From IMG/VR virus record IMGVR_UViG_3300009502_000019: 64,000 nucleotides of DNA, one strand, 5' to 3'. The notes beneath the pieces were generated by a model. That model ran no database searches and was not told where the DNA came from. It saw nothing but the letters and a program-made list of their open reading frames with translations. Of the stretch, positions 20,227 to 29,534 are shown piece after piece (the stretch's first letter is position 1; every line of letters begins with the position of its first letter). Both the position numbers and the translations under genes were made by a program. The DNA is from a virus (Duplodnaviria > Heunggongvirae > Uroviricota > Caudoviricetes).

Positions 20227-20365
20227 TTGGAACCGCTCCTTAACTTTCTGATACGTCTCTTGTATACAGGAGAATCTTTGTAAAACCTCTTATTACACAT
20301 ATAACAAACATAGTATGCGTCATTACTGTGGCCAACTATAAATAGCTTGTGACGCCTGCACCCTG

Positions 20366-20653
20366 TCATTTAAGCGTATACCCGCTGAGCTTCTCCGCTT
20401 TCTTTTTATCCATGAGCAACCACGTCTTTGGGCGCGTATCATCTGGGTTGCTGAACTCCAAAAACTCCCTTAAGTTATAGCAGTATCCGGCAGCGTCAAA
20501 AAGACCGTTATCGATCACACAAACAAGACCCATGTTATCAGGAACCTTAGCAAACACAGTCGGTCGCGGGATAATAAACGCTTCTTGATGCTCTTCGCAT
20601 ATCCTCTGCGCCTTACCCGTGTTATGCCCTGGAGTCTGAATGTAATAGCCCAT
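20366..20653 (-). CDS. Hypothetical protein
   Basis: 95 aa. Preceded by promoter-repeat copy 2 and a GAGGTGA RBS. Confidence 0.5.
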   Translation of the reverse strand: MGYYIQTPGHNTGKAQRICEEHQEAFIIPRPTVFAKVPDNMGLVCVIDNGLFDAAGYCYNLREFLEFSNPDDTRPKTWLLMDKKKAEKLSGYTLK

Positions 20654-20665
20654 ATCATCACCTCA

Positions 20666-20708
20666 CTCTATATTACGGCTGTTTTCGGAAAAAATTATGA
20701 TATTTTTT
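20666..20708 (-). promoter_or_regulatory. Conserved promoter-like repeat, copy 2
   Basis: ctctatattacggctgttttcggaaaaaattatgatattttt. Also shares the extended aaaatagttcaaaaaa flank with copy 5. Confidence 0.6.
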
Positions 20709-20742
20709 GAACTATTTTACACGTATAATAAACTAGCAATAA

Positions 20743-22185
20743 CTAGCAAAACTCTACTTCAAACTGCTCTTGCTTGTATATAGACATTCTTTCTTTCGAA
20801 TGCTTAAGTAAGTATTTATTACCGTGGTCGCAAAAATCGTACACCGACACAACATTTTCTCCCTCCTTACGGCGAAGACTCCTACCTATCCTCTGAAGCA
20901 ACTGCCGGCGCGACTTCTTACCAGCAAGAAGGATTAACACTTCAATCCGGCTGATGTCAATTCCCTCGTCAATGATGTTTGTACTAATAAGTATCTGTAG
21001 TTTACCGGCCTTGAAGTCAGACAACGCCTGAGCCCTGTGGGCAGCTTTTCCTGATATGAACACAGAACTTATCCCGTTATTACTTAGTAGCTGCTCAACA
21101 ATCTCCCCATGCTCAAGGTAGTCCACCACGATCAAAGTTGACTTACCTGGGTTGTTCTTGATGATCTCGACGGCCTTTCCGTTGCGCTCGCTGTTCTGCA
21201 CGATGCCGAGCTTGACTACCATCTCGTATACCTTCTTCATGAGCTGCTGGCCAGAATAGAGCTCGTCTTTGGCCTCGAGCTCCGCCTTGGCCATTCCGAT
21301 AACGCCGCGAACCTGGCTTGAGACGTCCATCTCATACATGAAGATCTTGGGCTTCGCTGACACGTCAAGCGCTATCAACTCGTCGTTTGAGATCTTGTAG
21401 ACCACGTCTCCCAAAAACTGCCTCACCAAAACTCCGTTGTATTCGTTGGCAGGTGGCACCGTGCCACTGAAGCCCCAGCGGTAAGGCGCCGGGCATGCTT
21501 CAAGTACAGCAGTGAACTGCGCCGCCTGAGCATGGTGAACCTCGTCCTGTATAACGCACTGGAGACTTTTAAAATAGTCATCAACCTCCTGGTCAGCTCC
21601 GAGTCTATTAACAAGAGTTGTAATCATAGCTACAGTAACTGGTCTTATAAGAATGTCTTTCGCCGTAATGAAGCCGCACTTAAGTCCCGTGTACCTTTCA
21701 ATATACTCCACAGTCTGCTTCAACAGCTCCGACCTGTGTGTTAACACGAGAGTTGGCGCCGGAGCAAGCTTCTTTATCAACCCTGAGAAAATGGCCGTCT
21801 TCCCAGCGTTTGTGGCAGCCTCAATTAAGCAGTTCTTGTTAGCAATGCACTCGTCGATCGCCTTTAGCTGGTAATGCCGATCAGGATCATTAACGTCAAT
21901 TGTGTTGAGCTCAAGGCGTCCCTGGTCCACCTTCGGAAACTTCCTATTATCCACAACGTCAATCTTACGGAGCTTCCCGGACCTTAGCACATAGGACAAC
22001 AGCCCTATCGGAAACACACCCGTCCTAATGTCAAACATCCGTTTCTTACCGTCCCACTGGCCTCTCTTGTACGCCATCGAGTACTTAGCCCCTGGAACGT
22101 CAAAAGTGAGCACACTCCTTATCCACATAAGCTCTTCCCTGGTTCCCTGAACAAAACACTTACTTGGGCATAATAGGATTATCAA
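20743..22185 (-). CDS. SF2 DEAD/DEAH-box helicase
   Basis: 480 aa. Walker A TNAGKTAIF, DEAH box DEVHHAQA and motif VI QRIGRSLRR. Confidence 0.8.
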   Translation of the reverse strand: MIILLCPSKCFVQGTREELMWIRSVLTFDVPGAKYSMAYKRGQWDGKKRMFDIRTGVFPIGLLSYVLRSGKLRKIDVVDNRKFPKVDQGRLELNTIDVNDPDRHYQLKAIDECIANKNCLIEAATNAGKTAIFSGLIKKLAPAPTLVLTHRSELLKQTVEYIERYTGLKCGFITAKDILIRPVTVAMITTLVNRLGADQEVDDYFKSLQCVIQDEVHHAQAAQFTAVLEACPAPYRWGFSGTVPPANEYNGVLVRQFLGDVVYKISNDELIALDVSAKPKIFMYEMDVSSQVRGVIGMAKAELEAKDELYSGQQLMKKVYEMVVKLGIVQNSERNGKAVEIIKNNPGKSTLIVVDYLEHGEIVEQLLSNNGISSVFISGKAAHRAQALSDFKAGKLQILISTNIIDEGIDISRIEVLILLAGKKSRRQLLQRIGRSLRRKEGENVVSVYDFCDHGNKYLLKHSKERMSIYKQEQFEVEFC

Positions 22186-22340
22186 CTGGTGGCTCCTCTT
22201 GTTTAGCTTGCGGTGCTGCCGGGGGACACCGCTGCATTACCTGCAGCAGCTGAATCCGGCGAATGATCATGTTGTTTAAATGAGCCAACTTGTTTACGTC
22301 GTCCTCAGATGACAGCTTGAATATCACAGCTGTTAAAAGA

Positions 22341-23216
22341 TCATCGTCTAGCATACAGGGCAAGCTCAAACTTGTCTTTAATACTGACTTCTGTAGGAGT
22401 TGTCAGGATCTTCCTCAAGTAGTCTCTGTCAGCCAGATAAAGCTCGTTAGGATCATCATTCCCAGGGAAAAAAACTATCTTCGTGTGCACACCAGCCACC
22501 TTTAACCGCGTATACATCGCAATAGCTTTGTCTTTGATGTCCCCGTCCAGAGCAACCACAACCTCTTTAAACCCTATCGTCTTAATCTTGTCCACCTGCT
22601 CGTCAGAAATCCCAGACCCAAGCAGCGGAGTAACCGTAAATCCAAGTTTGTGAACTGAAATCGCGTCAAAAGCTCCTTCAACAATATATAAGCGCAGTCT
22701 GTTAACACTCCCCAAGAAGTACGGAAGTATTTTCTTTTTATCTATGACCGGGTTCAAATATCTACCTCCGAAAAACATGTGGCGAGAAACAAAGTAAACT
22801 ACTTTACCTCCCTCATAAAGAGGGATAATGAGCTTACCCCTATAGCGCCCTTGAGTGGCTGTAAGAAGATTATAAGTACCTATGTCACTCGCTGTAAGAC
22901 CACGACTCTCCAAGTACTCTTTATTTTTCTCATAGTCAACCGGAACAAACCCGTCAAGACTAAGTTCTTCCTTGCTTACACTAACAACTGCTTCACTAGA
23001 CTTCCAGTCACTGTCGTCAAACTCAAGGTGTTGATCCTTAAAAAACTTCCTTACCGTTCCCTTAGCATCACAGACCCAACAGTGGAACACACCCCTACTT
23101 GAATGCACCTCAAGGTTGTACTTTGTACCACCACAGTACGGGCAGTCTTTTAAAATAATCTGCTCCCTATTGACCTTGTGCTTATACTGCCTCTTAAGAG
23201 TGTCCTGCCACATCAA
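22341..23216 (-). CDS. DNA primase (CHC2 zinc finger plus TOPRIM)
   Basis: 291 aa. Zinc finger CPYCGG...HCWVC. TOPRIM motifs EGAFDAIS and LDGD. Confidence 0.8.
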   Translation of the reverse strand: MMWQDTLKRQYKHKVNREQIILKDCPYCGGTKYNLEVHSSRGVFHCWVCDAKGTVRKFFKDQHLEFDDSDWKSSEAVVSVSKEELSLDGFVPVDYEKNKEYLESRGLTASDIGTYNLLTATQGRYRGKLIIPLYEGGKVVYFVSRHMFFGGRYLNPVIDKKKILPYFLGSVNRLRLYIVEGAFDAISVHKLGFTVTPLLGSGISDEQVDKIKTIGFKEVVVALDGDIKDKAIAMYTRLKVAGVHTKIVFFPGNDDPNELYLADRDYLRKILTTPTEVSIKDKFELALYARR

Positions 23217-23611
23217 GCAACCCCCTGTGTCCTAAATACAGTATGATCCTTTCCAGAAGCCTTGGCATACTCGATAGTCTTTCCGGTCCCAGAACTCTCC
23301 CCGTCCCAGAAAAATAGACACATGTCGGCCATATCCACCATTGCCCTGTTTCTCACATGGCCACCCGCCCTGCCGAGAGAGCTAACGTACGGAAACTTGC
23401 CAACCACCATACCTAGCCTCTCCGCCTCTTCACCTGCAATCCCATCCGGAGAGTCTGGACAATCTCCATGAATCAAGATCCACTCCTTATCAGAAAACCT
23501 TCGAACCATGCTGCGCACGCGTTCCGGACAGCAATACCCTCTCGATCCACTAACCATAAGTATGCTTTTCATTTTCTCTTCTTTGGCAAAAGCTTGAAAC
23601 AGCTGGCACAC
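23213..23611 (-). CDS. Hypothetical protein, possibly a SLOG/DprA-like Rossmann fold (weak)
   Basis: 132 aa. LMVSGSRG...IHGDC...GIAGE pattern. Confidence 0.35.
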   Translation of the reverse strand: MCQLFQAFAKEEKMKSILMVSGSRGYCCPERVRSMVRRFSDKEWILIHGDCPDSPDGIAGEEAERLGMVVGKFPYVSSLGRAGGHVRNRAMVDMADMCLFFWDGESSGTGKTIEYAKASGKDHTVFRTQGVA

Positions 23612-23711
23612 ATCGTCGGCTCAATTGCCGCAGGAACCTTAACAGGACATGAGCACTGTACACTAGTCTTATGCTTCTTGTGGGGTCGCCACACAGTGTA
23701 TTCCATTGATT

Positions 23712-24080
23712 TCATCTTGACGCCTTCCTCCTTAAAAATAACGGGGTTGTCTCACCAACCCATCCGCCTTCTACGTTAAAGGACATATGTTCGATCGCAT
23801 CCTCCTCTGTCATACCCTCTCCCACAAGGACCTTAATGCATTCGTCGTAGTCATAACACGCCAGAGGCTTATTGAACTGGCAGGCGATTCCTACAAAAGC
23901 GTCCTCAAACCCGTCGGCTAGCAGAATCCTGTCCTCTTCACTGTACCCTAAGTCTTCAATGAACTCGTTAATGGAATCCCGCTTCCTACCAGCAGTACCA
24001 CGAGGAATTACTTCCGGGATCTGTGGAGATACTTTTTTCTTCTTTTTCATCGTCGGAAGTGCTTTTTTATTCTTTTTCAT
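23712..24080 (-). CDS. Hypothetical protein with lysine-rich N-terminus
   Basis: 122 aa ORF. Confidence 0.4.
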   Translation of the reverse strand: MKKNKKALPTMKKKKKVSPQIPEVIPRGTAGRKRDSINEFIEDLGYSEEDRILLADGFEDAFVGIACQFNKPLACYDYDECIKVLVGEGMTEEDAIEHMSFNVEGGWVGETTPLFLRRKASR

Positions 24081-24501
24081 TAGATGCCTCCAAGTAACGT
24101 ACCGCTTCGTGTAAAACTAAAATAGAGTCGCCGCTGTACCCTAGCATAAAGTTGCACCGAGCGCATAGTAAGCCCCTGATAGCTCCAGTAGTATGGTTGT
24201 GATCAACGCTAAGCCGTTTTTTTCCTGGGCATGTTTCAAAACATATAGCACATCTACCACGCTGTTTATCAAACAGCCTATCATACTCTTCTAAACCTAT
24301 ACCATAGTTATACTTAAGAGCTTCTCTTCGTTTTGATTCGGCTCCTTTAAGCGACTTACGGTATTGACGCCTAAGTTCCTTACACTCCGGAGAACTATAG
24401 TATTTTCTCCTCAACTCTTTGACTCTATCAGTCCTCTGATACTGTCTTTCGCGCTCTTTTACCTCCGGCAATTTGCGGCGCTGTCTATTGTACTCTCGCA
24501 T
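24067..24501 (-). CDS. Endonuclease VII-family HNH nuclease
   Basis: 144 aa. CAICFETC...LSVDHNHTTGAIRGLLCARCNFMLG matches the Endonuclease_7 signature. Confidence 0.7.
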   Translation of the reverse strand: MREYNRQRRKLPEVKERERQYQRTDRVKELRRKYYSSPECKELRRQYRKSLKGAESKRREALKYNYGIGLEEYDRLFDKQRGRCAICFETCPGKKRLSVDHNHTTGAIRGLLCARCNFMLGYSGDSILVLHEAVRYLEASNEKE

Positions 24502-24678
24502 ATGTCAAGATTTATCTTCTCCTACAAGCACTTGATATGTGGTACTTGGTACATAGAGGGCACTTGTATATCTTTAGTTTTGGAGCGTCCTTATATGCCC
24601 TTGACCAGTCCACAACCTTCTGTGCCTCAGCAGCCGTACTGAACACCTCTTTTGAGAGGCACATGGTTACTGCGTAAC

Positions 24679-25059
24679 TCATCTTTTTACTGCTTCCACT
24701 TTAACCATGCTCTTCAAGTAGTCCTTCGCCATCTGGTAGATCTCCTTAGCATCCTGCGGCATCTCCTTGGCGATGTCGCTATTAGCTATCTTTGGGAAAA
24801 TCTTGATCATGGCGTACTGCTTTGACGTCGGAACAAAGTTTAGTGCAAGCGCTATCAGTAAAGCCGGAACAAACACACTTCGTACCCCGCCAACAGCCAT
24901 CTTAGCCGTCTTTCTATCAGAGTCAGAGTAGGACATAAAGCTGCACGCACTTGCTACGATCAACCCAATGCCTGAAAAAACGAATAACATAGTGGCAACC
25001 ATACCCCACCCCTGAAGATTGTCCAACATCAACCACCAATAAACCTGTCCCTCTGTCAT
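24679..25059 (-). CDS. Small membrane protein
   Basis: 126 aa with three hydrophobic segments. Confidence 0.45.
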   Translation of the reverse strand: MTEGQVYWWLMLDNLQGWGMVATMLFVFSGIGLIVASACSFMSYSDSDRKTAKMAVGGVRSVFVPALLIALALNFVPTSKQYAMIKIFPKIANSDIAKEMPQDAKEIYQMAKDYLKSMVKVEAVKR

Positions 25060-25080
25060 TTTATCCCCCTTTTATGTTAG

Positions 25081-25152
25081 TGCACCCACCAGGGCTCGAA
25101 CCTGGAACCAAAGGATTATGAGTCCTCTGCTCTACCATTGAGCTATGGGTGC
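25081..25152 (-). tRNA. tRNA-Met (anticodon CAT), or a lysidine tRNA-Ile
   Basis: Folds by hand: acceptor GCACCCA/TGGGTGC, D-arm GCTC-AATGGTA-GAGC, anticodon stem GAGGA/TCCTT with loop CTCATAA, T-arm CCAGG-TTCGAGC-CCTGG. CCA is not encoded. Confidence 0.8.
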
Positions 25153-25180
25153 AAGTGTTAACCCCCCGAAAGTGTGGGTT

Positions 25181-25414
25181 TTACTCAAACTCCTTTAACT
25201 CTTGATCCTTAATAACTACATGAATACGCTCATCATCGTGCTTTGACCCAAACATACCGAAGTGCTCCATAACCGCCCAAAGAAGCTTACGACCATTCCT
25301 GGCTTCCGAGGCATGCTCGTCATCTTCAACAGCAATAAACCTCTCGCTCTTAGTGTCAGCGTCCTCGTATCGCAAAACAAACCCGTTATCCGCGTCTTCA
25401 ATCGTAAGTCTCAC
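25181..25414 (-). CDS. Hypothetical small acidic protein
   Basis: 77 aa ORF. Confidence 0.4.
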   Translation of the reverse strand: MRLTIEDADNGFVLRYEDADTKSERFIAVEDDEHASEARNGRKLLWAVMEHFGMFGSKHDDERIHVVIKDQELKEFE

Positions 25415-26871
25415 CTAGTCCTCCTGTCTTGTGCTTCCCGTTCACGTACCCTGTTTAATGCTTCTACTCCAACAATGTCTATGATGTACTTTGGCCAGTT
25501 ATCAGATGCTACGGCCTCAGGGTCCTTCCACGGGTGTATCTTAACAAGATCCCACGGAGCACTATAGGACCTTAAACTCCTGTCAAAGTCGACAAGCCAT
25601 CCGTAAAAAGGGTCCCACCCGTTTCGAGACTTCCCGACACAAAATATAGTCGGGCTAACGTCTTTATTTGCCCCGTCGTACTGACGCACAATTAGAAGTG
25701 TTGTATCCGCGATCTTGGCGATATTGCTCGATCCGTGGAAATCATCATTGTCAGGCATCTTCTTGTCTCTTGCCTTACGGCGCAGGTGGGAGAACATAAG
25801 CACAGGAATGCCACGCGCCTGAGTTAGGTCCTTGACCTTCCGCATGATCCCAGAGAGCTGAGAAGCCTCGGACGAGTCGTCTTCCATTCCGAAGTAATGC
25901 AAGTGGTCTACGACGACAAGGTCTGCATCCTGTATCCTACCGAGCTGCTGGAGTAGCTTATCAATGCGAAGGTCTGACTCGTTCTTGCCGTAGATGACCA
26001 ACTTACCCCTAAGTGCTGCCAACTCCTTCTCAGCAATCGCCTCAAAGCGCTCAATCCCTCGCAACCCATTGGCAAGATAAAGCGGGTAGGACATTGGCAT
26101 CCCCTTATTGGGGTTCTCGGGTGAGAAGTATTCCCTGGCGATGATCTCGTACTTGAACCGAGATATAACCTCATTCTTTGAACCTTCCAAGCAAATCAAG
26201 TATGTCTTCTTCCCAGCCATCGCATTGATGCGTGCTGTGTCGGCGCCGAATTGAGTTTTCCCGACACCACTCTCGGCTCCTACTACAACAAGTTCCCCTG
26301 GAAATATTCCAAGCAAGCACTCATTCAAAGCCGGTACAGAGTACTTGACTAGTTTGTCCGGTGTAATCCTAGCTAGGTCCCTGTTCTGCCGGTCTATAGC
26401 CTGATCAATCTCCATGAAAAACGAGTTGTCAAACGAATCGCCAAGTGGCTTCCTGGGTGCCTTCTCAACCGTCTCCATGAACTGGTAAGCCAACTGCCTG
26501 TAGTCGCTCCCTGGAGTGATCTTGTTGACGATCTTGATGAGGTTGCGCTCAAATACGAACCGGCCAAGCTCTTGGTAGACCTTGTCGATCAGGACTTCTG
26601 TACTTACATCGGTTACTACGGCCGCGATATCGTTTAAGGTTTTCTCGTAGGTCTTAATATTAGCCTTCTCATGGTCCGGGAGATCCCCGAGCATCATGAG
26701 CATGTCGCCGAACGTAGGGCGTTTGAAGTACTTGTCGTCGAAGCGGTAGGCTAGCTCAAGCAGGTTGCTCTGCACGGCATTTTCGAAGATGTCCTTTGGG
26801 AGCTTCCCGCAGAACTCGGCAAATACAGCGTCGTCAGTAAGGAACTTCTGCCAGAATGGTAGCCAGTTCAT
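25411..26871 (-). CDS. DnaB-like replicative DNA helicase
   Basis: 486 aa. Walker A GAESGVGKTQF, Walker B LVVVDHLHY, RecA-like C-terminal domain and an N-terminal helical domain. Confidence 0.85.
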   Translation of the reverse strand: MNWLPFWQKFLTDDAVFAEFCGKLPKDIFENAVQSNLLELAYRFDDKYFKRPTFGDMLMMLGDLPDHEKANIKTYEKTLNDIAAVVTDVSTEVLIDKVYQELGRFVFERNLIKIVNKITPGSDYRQLAYQFMETVEKAPRKPLGDSFDNSFFMEIDQAIDRQNRDLARITPDKLVKYSVPALNECLLGIFPGELVVVGAESGVGKTQFGADTARINAMAGKKTYLICLEGSKNEVISRFKYEIIAREYFSPENPNKGMPMSYPLYLANGLRGIERFEAIAEKELAALRGKLVIYGKNESDLRIDKLLQQLGRIQDADLVVVDHLHYFGMEDDSSEASQLSGIMRKVKDLTQARGIPVLMFSHLRRKARDKKMPDNDDFHGSSNIAKIADTTLLIVRQYDGANKDVSPTIFCVGKSRNGWDPFYGWLVDFDRSLRSYSAPWDLVKIHPWKDPEAVASDNWPKYIIDIVGVEALNRVREREAQDRRTR

Positions 26872-27827
26872 TTTACCTTCAGTACCCGGTTGCCCGAGCG
26901 GTTTGGATTGATTTTAGATAAGTATTTATGAATCACTGACTTGAATAACCCTGTAGTGTATGTGCTGTTCTTAACAAACTCGTCCTCGTCTTCTTCAAAG
27001 AATGCATCAATGAGCACAGGTATCTTGGTCGGACCAAGCCCACCTGCTAGTAGGTCTTTAAAGATCCTACTGTCGTTGTTGAAGTTCTGTGCAAAGTACT
27101 TCTGGTTAAACTTGTGCTCGTACGACTTGTAGAAGTACTGCATTAGCTCGAGTACCTCTTGAGAAGGCCCAAGTTTGCGTTCTTTAGGTGGCTTGTCAGG
27201 AGACTCAACAGGTGTGTACTCGCCGTCAGGCGAACAATTTACTTTCTTTTCCTTTTCTTTCCTTTCCTTTACTTTACTTTGTGGCGTTTCAGCAGGGTTT
27301 CGGACGTCTGAAACCCCGCTGAAACCCTGCTGAAACCCTAGTTTCTGGAGGGTTTCGGGTGTCTGAAACCCCGCTGAAACCACATTTTCTAGTTTCTGGA
27401 GGGTTTCGGGTGTCTGAAACCCCGCTGAAACTCTAGTTTCTGTATTGTTTCTGCCGCCGTAAATAGCTCTGTTACTGTCTCTCTTCTTGTTTACCTCACC
27501 AATCCGCTTTTGTATGCCACCAGAAGTAAGGGTGCCATCCGAGTCATACCTACTCTGTGAAAACAGGCCAATGTGCAGCATGTATTCGACCATCCTTTTT
27601 AGTTTATCCTCTTCAATACCAGTCCGGCGTACCCACAAGGCCCATTTAGGGTTATGCTGATCGTTTATAACAACCTCACCAGATCTGTCCTTGTATGCCC
27701 ACTGTAGTATCCGCACATACAGCCCAAACCCTTCAAGCCCGTACTCTGCTTCTAGCTCCTCGAGTTTTTGGTCGATGTCGCAGTCCATAGGAAAATAGTC
27801 TAGTCCTTCTTTGATTGGTCTCGCCAT
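26868..27827 (-). CDS. Replisome organiser / helicase-loader-like protein with internal iteron array
   Basis: 319 aa. N-terminus resembles the phage replisome-organiser N-terminal domain (DYFPMDCD...GFGLYVRILQ). Contains tandem VSAGFQTPETLQKL repeats encoded by the DNA repeats at 27286-27440. Confidence 0.6.
   Translation of the reverse strand: MARPIKEGLDYFPMDCDIDQKLEELEAEYGLEGFGLYVRILQWAYKDRSGEVVINDQHNPKWALWVRRTGIEEDKLKRMVEYMLHIGLFSQSRYDSDGTLTSGGIQKRIGEVNKKRDSNRAIYGGRNNTETRVSAGFQTPETLQKLENVVSAGFQTPETLQKLGFQQGFSGVSDVRNPAETPQSKVKERKEKEKKVNCSPDGEYTPVESPDKPPKERKLGPSQEVLELMQYFYKSYEHKFNQKYFAQNFNNDSRIFKDLLAGGLGPTKIPVLIDAFFEEDEDEFVKNSTYTTGLFKSVIHKYLSKINPNRSGNRVLKVK
27286..27440. repeat. Iteron-like tandem repeats (GGGTTTCGGnnGTCTGAAACCCCGCTGAAAC x3) inside the organiser gene; candidate replication origin
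   Basis: Three ~52-57 bp direct repeats, each carrying an inverted GGGTTTC/GAAACCC pair and extra GTTTC/GAAAC half-sites. A CTTT-rich tract lies upstream at 27241-27285. Confidence 0.6.
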
Positions 27828-27861
27828 TAGTCACCTTTCTAGGGGGTTGTAGCATCACACA

Positions 27862-27903
27862 CTATATATTACGGCTGTTTCAAGAAAAAATTATGATATT
27901 TTT
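27862..27903 (-). promoter_or_regulatory. Conserved promoter-like repeat, copy 3
   Basis: ctatatattacggctgtttcaagaaaaaattatgatattttt, upstream of the organiser gene start (27827) with an AAAGGTGA RBS. Confidence 0.6.
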
Positions 27904-27955
27904 AATGAGCTTTTCAGACGCTGGTGAAACATCTGAGCAGTCCTTTTACCAATGA

Positions 27956-28507
27956 CTACCGGTAGCATTTGAGATACTGTATAGCAGACTCGAGGATCTC
28001 AATGTTGTCACCACATTGACCGAGTATGAAATTGCATTTGTCACATAGGAGCCCGCGTACCTGGCTTGACATATGGCAATGATCCACCGACAGCTGCCTT
28101 CCAGGAGTCTGAAGTTTGCTACAGATAGCACACTTTCCGTCTTGGTTTGTAAACATTGTGTCGTACCACTCTGAAGTAACGCCAAATTCTTTTTTTCGAT
28201 GGTAGTCTTGGTGTTTTCTCTTGTTATTTTTGTACCTGTCTTTTCCCTTCTTGTTAGAGCAGCCTTTACAGTAGCACGCCACTCCGAAAGCCGTGTGTAT
28301 GTCTTTACCAAACTCATCTAGAGGTTTTGTCTCATGACACTTTGGACAATATGACTTTCCTTCTTTAATGAGTTTTTCTCGCCGGGTCATTGGTAGCTCA
28401 TAGGATCCATGGCGACGCAATCTAAAATAATGCGCGTTACATAGGCCACTTCTTTTGCTTGCAGCTTCTTTCTCACAGTTTGGCACTTTGCATGGTATAG
28501 TACTCAT
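27956..28507 (-). CDS. Endonuclease VII-family HNH nuclease with N-terminal zinc-finger domain (paralog of 24067-24501)
   Basis: 183 aa. CAICSK...LSVDHCHMSSQVRGLLCDKCNFILG. The N-terminus has CKVPNC...CNAHY and CPKCH zinc motifs. Confidence 0.7.
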   Translation of the reverse strand: MSTIPCKVPNCEKEAASKRSGLCNAHYFRLRRHGSYELPMTRREKLIKEGKSYCPKCHETKPLDEFGKDIHTAFGVACYCKGCSNKKGKDRYKNNKRKHQDYHRKKEFGVTSEWYDTMFTNQDGKCAICSKLQTPGRQLSVDHCHMSSQVRGLLCDKCNFILGQCGDNIEILESAIQYLKCYR

Positions 28508-28586
28508 AGAATCCTCCTATTTTAAGTTATAGAGTATTATACCACGTTTTTGCAACTTTGTCAATACAAATTTTAACATTTTTTTG

Positions 28587-29534
28587 CTATTCATACAGGC
28601 TTTGTTTTATGTACTCTTTGAATATAAGTGCGGTCTTTTTTCCAATAGCAGTTTGGGCTTCTTTACTAAAAACAATTTCTCCGACACTCTCTTTAAGCAC
28701 GTCCTCAACCATTGCTTTTATAATAGCCCCTGTTTCTGTAATAGTAGCATCCGGAAACCTATCAAGCACATGCATGAGGCGTTGACGCGTGACCCACTCG
28801 TCCGCGATAGCCTGTGCCTCTGTGAGTACTTCAAGGCGCTCTTTAGACACCTCTCTTTTCTTGGCAGTCTCCTGGAACTTCTCATTCTTGTGCTTGGCTA
28901 TTATCCGCTCACCATTGTTCTTCCGGAGCTCAACAAGAGTCCGTAAAACCACACCTTCACGGATATGCCCGGGCCCAACACCATTCCGCACAGCCTGGAC
29001 AGAGTCTGCCTCGGAAAGTGCATTTAAAACATCAAGATCTGTGGCAACCTCTTCATAATGAACAAACTCAATGCCGAGCTGAGCACACACAGACTCCGCG
29101 TTAGGCACAGCAAGCCAGTTTCCACCAAGCTTGACGTCGAAGGCTATAAACTTAAGCTCTTTGCCGTATGTGCCAGACATGCCCTGCTGCTTGCCACCAT
29201 AAGCTTCCCCAAAAACAATGAGCTCCTTGATGTTCATGGCTCGAAACTTGTTTTCTAGGTCTTGGTGGTTAAACAGTTTTATAAAGTTTTCGTGCTTTTC
29301 ACCGCCGGAGAAAAAATGCAGTTCAATCTTGTCAGGCCAGCGTTCTTGCCATTCAGCCTCAGTGTACCGCCTCGCGTCCTCGTTAACACCAATGATAGGT
29401 CCAAACACAAGCTGCCTGGACCGGTCAAGGCTAATATGTGCTGATGTTCCGTGGATCTTCTCCATAGCGTAGCAGCGCTTGAACATAAGAATTTCCTGGT
29501 TCTTGTAAAGATTATCTATCCCGAGATAGCCCAT
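28587..29534 (-). CDS. RNA ligase, Rnl2 (T4 RnlB)-like
   Basis: 315 aa. Motif I EKIHGTSA (lysine nucleotidyltransferase), matching T4 Rnl2 EKIHGTN, plus the downstream nucleotidyltransferase core. Confidence 0.7.
   Translation of the reverse strand: MGYLGIDNLYKNQEILMFKRCYAMEKIHGTSAHISLDRSRQLVFGPIIGVNEDARRYTEAEWQERWPDKIELHFFSGGEKHENFIKLFNHQDLENKFRAMNIKELIVFGEAYGGKQQGMSGTYGKELKFIAFDVKLGGNWLAVPNAESVCAQLGIEFVHYEEVATDLDVLNALSEADSVQAVRNGVGPGHIREGVVLRTLVELRKNNGERIIAKHKNEKFQETAKKREVSKERLEVLTEAQAIADEWVTRQRLMHVLDRFPDATITETGAIIKAMVEDVLKESVGEIVFSKEAQTAIGKKTALIFKEYIKQSLYE

Noticed and set aside
27241-27285. CTTT/CCTTT pyrimidine microsatellite as an independent repeat feature
   Set aside because: It simply encodes the Lys/Glu-rich linker (KVKERKEKEKK) of the organiser protein. 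It is noted only as flanking the iterons.
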